Assembly (NCBI GenBank): GCA_046484425.1
Contig: JAWOIY010000023.1
Location: forward strand, 27,771-91,770
DNA length: 64,000 nucleotides
Direction: 5' to 3'
Source: Desulfobacterales bacterium
GTDB taxonomy: Bacteria; Desulfobacterota; Desulfobacteria; Desulfobacterales; UBA11574
The first letter of the stretch is position 1; every line of letters starts with the position of its first letter. A model generated the notes under the pieces. That model was not told where the DNA came from, did not search any database, and saw only the letters and a program-made list of their open reading frames with translations. Below, piece by piece: positions 42,529-50,445 of this stretch. The position numbers and the translations under genes were made by a program.

Positions 42529-43506
42529 TTACAGTGGAAACATACGCAGTTCGGAAGCATCAAATCGATACTGCGGTAAATGTTCAATGACCAGCTTCCC
42601 AACAGCTATCGCTTGCCCCCGGTCACGTTGCTTTTTAACCGGTTCACGATCGTCTTGGCTGCTCAACCAGAATTTGTGTAGTGCAAAGGCACGAGGGTCA
42701 GGAACGATCATCGGTGCGGGCATGCCGTCATCCCCAATGACGATTTGCGCAAGTTTCGGTGAAGAGATTAACCAATGCAGATTCCGGATTTCAACAGCTT
42801 TCAAGTCACCAGGTCCGCCGATACGCACGGGCTCCTTTTGCAGGATCTTTTTCGGTAAGGGCTTGATAAGATCGACCATATATCCGTCCCGATTCACCGC
42901 CCGAAAATCTTCTGAACGGACAGCCTCAAAAGACCGATCAGCTTTGCGAATGATACCGAGCAGTCCGTCAGGTTTACTATCCGAATCCGTGACCAGCGTA
43001 AGTTTGCGCCGTATATCCCATAAAATATCCACATCTTTGGTGGACATCATGGGAGTGTCGAAAAACACACCTGCCGCGGCTTCATACGCATACATAGCGT
43101 TGGTGTCGATGACGATAACATTGTGACCTAAGATATTGTGATAGTCAAACACCTTTAAAATACCGGTTACAGTTCTGGGGACCCTTTGGATCAGTGCTGC
43201 CTTGCAGAACCGGGCCTGTTCCTTAAGGCGATTTTGCAAGGCAGACAAACGGTTTTTGGCCTGCTGTTTGGCCAGTCGAAAATCAGCCAGAATTTTCTCC
43301 GTTTCCGGCGAACGAGGTCCCAGGCTTTTTCCATAACCATAGCGGTCATGCGATCTGAAGAGATATTCCCGGCCTTTGGCCTTTTTCCAATGCATACCGC
43401 CCTTGTAGGATCGATTTTTCTGAAGTGTGGCTGCAAAGGCCTCGTATAGCTGAACAGTATCAATGAAAACACGCCGTTGGTTGTCATTCATCTCCCTGTA
43501 AAACAT
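42529..43506 (-). CDS. GSU2403-family nucleotidyltransferase-fold protein
   Basis: GGMHWK...GREYL, SLGPRSPETE, TNAMYAYEAAAGV, TKDVDILWD, PDPRAFALHKFWLS, REPVKKQRD. Confidence 0.85.
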   Translation of the reverse strand: MFYREMNDNQRRVFIDTVQLYEAFAATLQKNRSYKGGMHWKKAKGREYLFRSHDRYGYGKSLGPRSPETEKILADFRLAKQQAKNRLSALQNRLKEQARFCKAALIQRVPRTVTGILKVFDYHNILGHNVIVIDTNAMYAYEAAAGVFFDTPMMSTKDVDILWDIRRKLTLVTDSDSKPDGLLGIIRKADRSFEAVRSEDFRAVNRDGYMVDLIKPLPKKILQKEPVRIGGPGDLKAVEIRNLHWLISSPKLAQIVIGDDGMPAPMIVPDPRAFALHKFWLSSQDDREPVKKQRDRGQAIAVGKLVIEHLPQYRFDASELRMFPL

Positions 43507-43509
43507 GAG

Positions 43510-43551
43510 GTTTTCCTTCAAATAGTTGTTGATTGATTGTTGAAGGAAAAC
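43510..43551. promoter_or_regulatory. Inverted-repeat operator 1 (GTTTTCCTTCA-N20-TGAAGGAAAAC)
   Basis: Perfect 11-bp arms overlapping the GSU2403 translation-start region. Confidence 0.7.
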
Positions 43552-43580
43552 TTATAACAGATTGGTCCGAATTTAATTTT

Positions 43581-43770
43581 GATGGTTTCGTAAAAAGTCG
43601 ATATTGCTCGCTCCGTGACCATTTGGGGGCGTTTCCATCGGTTCCGCTAAATTTCAAGAACTCGGCGCAAGCGCCTCAAACAGCTTGAAATTTTTAACGC
43701 TTCACCGCTTAAAACGCTGATTCCCCAAATGCTCAAATGTCGCTCACAAAAGACTTTTTACGAGTTTGTC
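43581..43770. mobile_element. 190-bp MITE, copy 1
   Basis: Ends GATGGTTTCGTAAAAAGTC ... GACTTTTTACGAGTTTGTC; AATTTT duplicated on both sides; near-identical inverted copy at 59409-59598. Confidence 0.9.
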
Positions 43771-43792
43771 AATTTTAAGTCCAAGAAATAAA

Positions 43793-43834
43793 GTTTTCCT
43801 TCAGAATAATGATAATTGTATATTGAAGGAAAAC
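43793..43834. promoter_or_regulatory. Inverted-repeat operator 2 (GTTTTCCTTCA-N20-TGAAGGAAAAC)
   Basis: Same 11-bp arms and same 20-nt spacer length as operator 1, with a different spacer sequence. Confidence 0.7.
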
Positions 43835-44203
43835 ACGACTATTGTCAACTAAATGCCAAATCAGATAATTGCTGGCTTGCTTAAAATCAAAGGTTTTGAC
43901 AAGTCCTATTTTCGTGAGGTAGTCTCAATTTATCAATAGATTTAATACTGAAAGCCGGACAGCACTAAATTTTTTACGATCAGGAAAAAATAACGAATCC
44001 CACACTATTTTTAAACCATGCAATAGAAAAATTTGGAGAGAGTGATTTCTCCTTTCAAAAATTATTATAACAGGTTAGGCAAAAAGGATATCGAGAATGG
44101 GCATTTTATGTTGAGAGTGTTTGTGATATTGCGTGCGTTATTTGACGGTTTTTCTCTGATAATAGGCAGTCTTTTAGGACTTTAAGTTAAGATAGGAGTT
44201 GTA

Positions 44204-44776
44204 ATGGCGCCGATAATTATTTTAATTATTTTTGTTTTGTTCGTATCAGTTGCCTGGCTTATCGGGACCTATAATCGGTTTATCAAGTACAAAAACAGGA
44301 TTGAGGAAGCATGGAGCGGTATTGATGTCGCGTTGAAACGCCGCTTTAACTTGGTCCCTAATTTGATTCGAGCAATTGAAGGATACAGTGAACACGAAGC
44401 TAAATTTTTTCGTACAAAAAGCGATTATCTGGCCGGTCCGGCCGGTATCTTAAATCGTGTTGAAGAGGAGACCCGGATATCCAAATCGCTGCGTGGACTT
44501 CTGGCGCTAGCTGAGGCGTATCCGGATCTTAAAGCCAGCGCGAATTTTATTGACCTGCAAAACAGTTTGGATGAAATTGAGGAAGATATCCAAAAGGCCA
44601 GAAATCGATATAACAGTTACGTGGGTAGATTCAACACGCTTGTTGAATCCTTTCCTGCAACATTTATCGCCAGAAAATCCGGATTTGAAAAACAAAACTA
44701 TTTTGCGCTGGATCTGGCAACCCAAAGGGAACTGCCAGAGGTTGAATTTTCTTCATCTCGTGGTTCTACGAAGTAG
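44204..44776 (+). CDS. lemA: LemA family protein
   Basis: N-terminal TM, YN...EEAWSGIDVALKRRFNLVPNL, AEAYPDLKA, ARNRYN, ESFP. Confidence 0.92.
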   Translation: MAPIIILIIFVLFVSVAWLIGTYNRFIKYKNRIEEAWSGIDVALKRRFNLVPNLIRAIEGYSEHEAKFFRTKSDYLAGPAGILNRVEEETRISKSLRGLLALAEAYPDLKASANFIDLQNSLDEIEEDIQKARNRYNSYVGRFNTLVESFPATFIARKSGFEKQNYFALDLATQRELPEVEFSSSRGSTK

Positions 44777-44799
44777 ATACAACTAAGGAGGGATTAGCG

Positions 44800-45657
44800 A
44801 TGCGTTGGAGAAGTGGTCGAAGAAGCGATAATATTGAAGACAGAAGAGGCATTCGCCTGTCTCGTGGCGTTAAAGGTGGTGGGATCGGGATGCTTTTACT
44901 GGTCATCGTTGCGATGTATTTCGGCATCGATCCGTCAATTCTCCTTCAACAAGGTTCAGAAATGGGTGGCGGATCTTCAGTACAAACCCTTCCCGTGCAG
45001 TCATCAGCAGCTGATAATGAACTGGCCGAATTTGTTTCCGTGGTACTCGCAGACACCGAAGATACCTGGAGGAGCCTGTTTAAACAGATGGGAGGGACCT
45101 ATGAGGAACCGAATCTGGTTCTTTTTACAGGCATGGTAGAGTCCGCATGCGGGTATGCCCAAGCCGCAATCGGGCCATTTTATTGTTCCAGAGATAAAAA
45201 GGTTTACATAGATTTAAGCTTTTATCGGGATCTAAAAAGTAAGATGAACGCGCCGGGAGATTTCGCCCAGGCTTATGTGATTGCCCATGAAGTCGGCCAT
45301 CATGTCCAGGAACTTTTGGGCATCAGCGACAAAGTTCACGCCATGCGGTCCCGCCTTTCCCAGAAAGAATATAATAATTTATCGGTAAGGATGGAGTTAC
45401 AGGCTGATTGCTTTTCCGGAATTTGGGCACATCATGCGCAAAAGATGCGAAATATCTTGGAACCTGGTGATGTAGAAGAGGCGCTTAACGCTGCCAGCAT
45501 GATTGGGGATGACCGTTTACAGAAACAGTCAAGGGGATATGTTACTCCCGATTCCTTCACACACGGAACTTCAGCACAGCGGGTTGAATGGTTTAATCGC
45601 GGCTTTAAGACCGGCAGCATCAATTCCTGCAACACCTTTAAAGGACAAAATCTGTAA
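44800..45657 (+). CDS. YpfJ-like neutral zinc metallopeptidase
   Basis: MRWRSGRRSDNIEDRRG, GPFYC, AHEVGHHVQ, ELQADC, FTHGTSAQR. Confidence 0.92.
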   Translation: MRWRSGRRSDNIEDRRGIRLSRGVKGGGIGMLLLVIVAMYFGIDPSILLQQGSEMGGGSSVQTLPVQSSAADNELAEFVSVVLADTEDTWRSLFKQMGGTYEEPNLVLFTGMVESACGYAQAAIGPFYCSRDKKVYIDLSFYRDLKSKMNAPGDFAQAYVIAHEVGHHVQELLGISDKVHAMRSRLSQKEYNNLSVRMELQADCFSGIWAHHAQKMRNILEPGDVEEALNAASMIGDDRLQKQSRGYVTPDSFTHGTSAQRVEWFNRGFKTGSINSCNTFKGQNL

Positions 45658-45718
45658 TCATCTTTTGAAGTTGAGTGTGAATTAGATAGGATGTGGGTGT
45701 TATGGGGGTATAAATCTA

Positions 45719-46432
45719 ATGGGAAACAACAATAGCGCTGCTTCGAAAACAGACAGTAAGCGATTTGGTGGTTTGCAAGTCTTTGGTTTAATAGTTGTTA
45801 CTGTGATTATCACCGCAGGGGTGACAATCTTAGTATTCAAAACCTATTTTTTCCCATCAGAATTCAAGCCTGTGACACTGAACCGTCACGAAGAGCAGGT
45901 TTTAACTACTAAATTAGAAAAGCTTGATTCGATGGGAACTAATTTAAACAGAAAAGATATCCCTAATAAACGATCCAAATCAGATCGGCTTGATCCACAT
46001 GGCACTCTCGAACCGGAACCATACAATGAAAAAAACATCAAAAGGGAGATAATTTTCACTGAAAGGGAACTGAACGCATTACTGGCAAAAAATACCGATC
46101 TTGCAAGAAAATTGGCCATTGATTTGTCTGATGATCTTGTTAGTGCAAAGCTTTTATTGCCTGTAGATGAAGACTTTCCCGTACTTGGGGGCAAAACCCT
46201 TCGTGTCAGAACAGGAGTGGCATTTACATATGACAAGGGTAAACCAGTAGTCATCCTCAAGGGTATTACCATAATGGGTGTACCCATACCGAATGCCTGG
46301 ATGGGAGGAATAAAAAATATAGATCTGGTTAAAGAATTTGGTACCGAAAAAGGATTCTGGAAGACTTTTTCTGATGGGGTCGATAATATCAAAGTAGAAG
46401 AAGGTCTTTTAAAGATAAAGCTTAAAGAATAG
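45719..46432 (+). CDS. Membrane-anchored hypothetical protein
   Basis: Single N-terminal TM helix; contains ERELNALL and GVPIPNAWMGGIKN. Confidence 0.75.
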   Translation: MGNNNSAASKTDSKRFGGLQVFGLIVVTVIITAGVTILVFKTYFFPSEFKPVTLNRHEEQVLTTKLEKLDSMGTNLNRKDIPNKRSKSDRLDPHGTLEPEPYNEKNIKREIIFTERELNALLAKNTDLARKLAIDLSDDLVSAKLLLPVDEDFPVLGGKTLRVRTGVAFTYDKGKPVVILKGITIMGVPIPNAWMGGIKNIDLVKEFGTEKGFWKTFSDGVDNIKVEEGLLKIKLKE

Positions 46433-46500
46433 TGTTTTTTCCCATGGCTGAAATAAGGAAAAGACGATGACAGGGTATCAGAATCGGAATCGTTTTATAC

Positions 46501-46686
46501 CTTTACTTTAAGAACCTTGACAACAACACAGGGGTCTTTCATCATCTTGTCGACGCGGCCGAAGAAGAGGAGTTTAAAGAAGCGATCTTGGCATATTACT
46601 TTCTTCTGGTAGAGGATAGGGATCTCACAACAACTGAACTCGATGAAACCGTAGAACGCTGGTTTGAAAACAAACATAACTACTAA
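46501..46686 (+). pseudogene. DUF3754/TMEM143-family C-terminal fragment
   Basis: LYFKNLDNNTGVFHHLVDAAEEEEFKEAILAYYFLL...VERWF; no start codon and an upstream in-frame TGA at 46468. Confidence 0.7.
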
Positions 46687-46701
46687 AAGGAAACCACATC
46701 A

Positions 46702-48402
46702 ATGAATCCTTATAGCCAATACAATCCCCAGGAGCGGAAAGTCGCTTACTTTTCTATGGAAGTCGGATTCGCACCAGAATTGCCAGTTTATTCTGGTGGA
46801 TTGGGAATTTTGGCTGGCGACAGCATAAAATCGTTTGCCGATTTGGGTGTATCGGCCGTTGGCGTTTCCCTACTCTATACCAGAGGCTACTTTCACCAGG
46901 AAATCGACGCACAGGGAAACCAGATTGAAATACCGGTGGAATGGGATCCCTCGAAGTTTATGACTGTGTTGCCTGAAAAGATAACAGTCACCATCGAAGG
47001 CCGCACCGTTTTGGTTCAAGCCTGGGTTTATGAAGTAGAAGGGATTACTGGATATCGGATACCTGTGCTATTTCTGGATACCAATGTTGAAACCAACGCA
47101 CCCCAAGATCGGGAGCTGACTGCCTGTCTGTATGGCGGAGACGAGCGTTATCGCCTCAAGCAAGAGGTTATTTTGGGATTGGGTGGCGTGCGCATACTTC
47201 AAATTCTAGACCATGACAACCTGGAGGCCTATCATATGAACGATGGTCACGCGGCCCTGCTGTCCCTCGAACTGATGGACCGCTATCAACAGGACTTGGA
47301 AAGAGTCCGTGAGCTTTGTATATTTACGACGCACACGCCGGTTCCTGCCGGTCACGACACCTTCGACGTGCAGATGGTCCAGGAAGTGCTTGGCGACTTT
47401 TTTCAGCCGGACGAGTTGAATCACGACAACATTATCGATACCGATGGCCGCTTAAATATGACCTACCTGGCCTTATTCCATTCCGAATACATCAATGGCG
47501 TGGCGAAAAAACACGGCGAAACGGCACAACTGATGTTTCCGGAATACCGGATTGATGCCATCACCAACGGGATTCACACCCATACCTGGGTTGTAGAATC
47601 CATGGCCGGTGTGTTTGACCGGTACATTCCGAACTGGCGCAACGATCCCTATACACTACGCAATGCCCTAAATATCCCGAGGGGTGAAATCTGGAATGCC
47701 CATCAAGCCGCCAAACATCAGCTAATTGATTTTATCCGTCAACAGCATGGCATGTCCTTGGACCCGGAGGTTCTCACCATCGGTTTTGCCCGGCGGTCGA
47801 CCACATACAAAAGAGCCACCTTAGTATTGAATGATCCGGCGCGGCTTCAAGGCATTGCAGCCAAGGTTGGTCGTATTCAAATCATTTTTGCCGGCAAAGC
47901 CCATCCAAAGGACGATGCCGGTAAAGACCTCATTCGGTCCATATTTCAATCCTCCCGGGATTTCAACGAGCATGTAACGGTCCTTTACCTGCCGAACTAC
48001 GACATGTACCGGGCCAAATTGTTGGTGGCCGGTGTAGACTTGTGGCTGAATACACCCCTTCGACCTATGGAGGCATCCGGCACTTCCGGCATGAAAGCCG
48101 CAGTTAACGGTGTGATAAACTTCTCGGTACTTGATGGGTGGTGGGTCGAAGGCCATATTGAAGATTTAACAGGATGGAGCATCGGTCATAGACAACGTGT
48201 TCTGCAAGACGATCCCGAATCATCCCGGCAAATTGATGTTGAAGATCTTTACACCAAACTGGAAAATAGGATTCTGCCCCTCTTTTACAATGATCATGAG
48301 CGTTGGAAGGATATGATGGCCTACAACATCGCCCTGAATGGCTCTTTTTTCAACACGCACCGTATGGTGTCTCAGTATGTCTTGCAAGCCTATTTTCGCT
48401 AA
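46702..48402 (+). CDS. glgP: Alpha-glucan (glycogen) phosphorylase, short form
   Basis: YSGGLGILAGD, FTTHTPVPAGHD, ITNGIH, GFARR, PLP site EASGTSGMKA. Confidence 0.93.
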   Translation: MNPYSQYNPQERKVAYFSMEVGFAPELPVYSGGLGILAGDSIKSFADLGVSAVGVSLLYTRGYFHQEIDAQGNQIEIPVEWDPSKFMTVLPEKITVTIEGRTVLVQAWVYEVEGITGYRIPVLFLDTNVETNAPQDRELTACLYGGDERYRLKQEVILGLGGVRILQILDHDNLEAYHMNDGHAALLSLELMDRYQQDLERVRELCIFTTHTPVPAGHDTFDVQMVQEVLGDFFQPDELNHDNIIDTDGRLNMTYLALFHSEYINGVAKKHGETAQLMFPEYRIDAITNGIHTHTWVVESMAGVFDRYIPNWRNDPYTLRNALNIPRGEIWNAHQAAKHQLIDFIRQQHGMSLDPEVLTIGFARRSTTYKRATLVLNDPARLQGIAAKVGRIQIIFAGKAHPKDDAGKDLIRSIFQSSRDFNEHVTVLYLPNYDMYRAKLLVAGVDLWLNTPLRPMEASGTSGMKAAVNGVINFSVLDGWWVEGHIEDLTGWSIGHRQRVLQDDPESSRQIDVEDLYTKLENRILPLFYNDHERWKDMMAYNIALNGSFFNTHRMVSQYVLQAYFR

Positions 48403-48581
48403 AGTCAGATCGACACGGGGCTTCCGGATTTTCAGGCCATTCGATTTTTTTAATCTTTCATAAAGACACTCCATTAACCATGATATAACACCACCTATTT
48501 GAAATGTGATTAAGTTTTTCAGCAGCCCGCTGATCAAAAATTCCAGATAGGGGACCCATTGCTTGATAGGGTTTATAGTCC

Positions 48582-49727
48582 TTATTTCCTGTTCGGATTA
48601 TGTCTTGTCGGTTTTCCTTCCACTCTTTCAATTGGATCGTTTATATAGACTTTTCCCAGTCCAATCGCTGAAGTAATAATTCCCCCTCTTTTATCTTCAC
48701 GAATTCCATCTGTATAACCGAGATCTACCGGAACTTTACCCCTTCCGCCTTGTGCGTCTACTACATATGTCGGGCGAAGGAAACCTGTGGTGCCTCCGCA
48801 AAGGTCTCTGCAGATCGCTTTTCCTTTGTAAACCTCTGTCCTAAAATGACCTGTTCCCTCAACAAGATCAGCGTAATATAGATAATATGGTCTTACTCCC
48901 ATTCTACCGAGGCTGTGTACCAGGTCTCTCATTACATCCGTGTCATCGTTAACTCCCTTTAGCAAAACACTCTGGTTTCCTAATGGAATGCCCAGATCCC
49001 TTAAAATTTTAACAGCACGATAACTTTGGTCAGTTATTTCATTAGGATGATTAAAGTGAGTGTTTATGTAAAACTGCGGATCTTTAAGTGACCGGGGCGT
49101 ATGTTTTTTCAGCATCTCAATTAATTCAGTGTCTTCAATAATTTTTTGCGGCCAAACGCATGGGACTCTTGTACCGATTCTAATTAAATCAAGGTGTTCA
49201 ATTTTTTTTAGTTTTTCCAGAACTTCATCAAGTCTTTTTGTTGGAATCAGTAATGGATCCCCACCGGAGATTAATACGTCTCTAATATCTTCGTGAGATG
49301 CAATGTATTCAATTCCCTTATTTATATCCTCTATGGATGGATTTTTACGGTCATCACCCACTTTTCGTTTTCTGGTGCAGAATCTGCAATACATTGCGCA
49401 CTCGTTTGATACAAACAATAAAACCCTGTCAGAATACCTATGGATTATTGTCCTTGGACCGCCCAGCGGAATATCTCCTTCCTCATCCAGTGGATCTTCT
49501 GACAGGTCCATATAATGCTCAAGTTCCTCGACATTAGGGATTGCCTGTTTCCAGATACCGTCATTTATCTTTTCAATGAGCCCAAGGTAATAACTATTTA
49601 CTCTCATAGGATATTTGGCGATTACATCCTTGAGCCTGGGATCAACTCTTGCCTTCCGCCCGGTAAGCCATTTCTCCAAATCTTCGAATGTCTTTATTGC
49701 GTTTCTTAAGATATCCTTATATGCCAT
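48582..49727 (-). CDS. KamA-family radical SAM aminomutase (lysine 2,3-aminomutase-like)
   Basis: HRY, CAMYCRFCTRKR, SGGDPL, RIGTR, HFNHPNE, NQSVLLKGVND, VVDAQGGRGK. Confidence 0.9.
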   Translation of the reverse strand: MAYKDILRNAIKTFEDLEKWLTGRKARVDPRLKDVIAKYPMRVNSYYLGLIEKINDGIWKQAIPNVEELEHYMDLSEDPLDEEGDIPLGGPRTIIHRYSDRVLLFVSNECAMYCRFCTRKRKVGDDRKNPSIEDINKGIEYIASHEDIRDVLISGGDPLLIPTKRLDEVLEKLKKIEHLDLIRIGTRVPCVWPQKIIEDTELIEMLKKHTPRSLKDPQFYINTHFNHPNEITDQSYRAVKILRDLGIPLGNQSVLLKGVNDDTDVMRDLVHSLGRMGVRPYYLYYADLVEGTGHFRTEVYKGKAICRDLCGGTTGFLRPTYVVDAQGGRGKVPVDLGYTDGIREDKRGGIITSAIGLGKVYINDPIERVEGKPTRHNPNRK

Positions 49728-49952
49728 TCATAATGCTCCTTATGATTACTTGATAGAAAAAATTTCGATCGCTGTTTATTCATATCCAACATTTTTCTAT
49801 TGTCAATGACAAAATCTGTTCTGACGTTTCAGTTGGATTTTTTCCCAATCCCCGAAAGGGATTATTAAATAAAGAAGAGTCAAAGCATCGATAATATGAT
49901 ATACAGATATCATATTTTTCTGATAGCAGGTTAAGTTGTCGTGTTTTGAAGG

Positions 49953-50162
49953 TTAACGATTTGTTGAATGCAAATTTTTTTCTTTCTTCGGTTTAAGCCT
50001 CCTGAGAAATTCCCAAACCGGTAAAGCTGCCAATCCGGCAACAACGCCAGCGATATAACTGGGTATTATCATGTTAAATGCCGACTTCCAAATGGCGCTT
50101 ATTATAAAACTTGCCGCTAACATTACTAAAACTGTTATAAGAAGTCGCTTCCAAAAAACCAT
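49953..50162 (-). CDS. Small two-TM membrane protein
   Basis: GGAGG RBS, two hydrophobic helices, basic tail. Confidence 0.65.
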   Translation of the reverse strand: MVFWKRLLITVLVMLAASFIISAIWKSAFNMIIPSYIAGVVAGLAALPVWEFLRRLKPKKEKNLHSTNR

Positions 50163-50381
50163 AGTTACCTCCAAATGTTTATCAATTCAAACACGATCAA
50201 GAATGTAAAAATTTATAATCGATATTAATTCTGACATAATTTGCCATGAGGTGAAATCTGCTAATTGATACATATCAAAATATATGATCTTCGTGTGTTT
50301 TGTGAAGCTTTACATACGAAACGGTTTCGAGAAAAGGCGCCTTTTAAAGGCCGAATGAAAAGTTTAATTCTGAGGAAAAAC

Positions 50382-50422
50382 AAAAAAAAGCGGACGGCCG
50401 TTTTTACGACCGCCCGCTTTTT
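50382..50422 (-). terminator. Intrinsic terminator of the TolA-like gene
   Basis: Minus strand reads GCGGGCGGTCGT-AAAA-ACGGCCGTCCGC-T8, a 12-bp stem with two G-U pairs. Confidence 0.8.
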
Positions 50423-50445
50423 ATCTATGGCTTACAATCCATTGA

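Noticed and set aside
30600-43900. Island as a prophage, ICE or integron
   Set aside because: No integrase, relaxase, phage structural gene, attC array or flanking tRNA was recognised.
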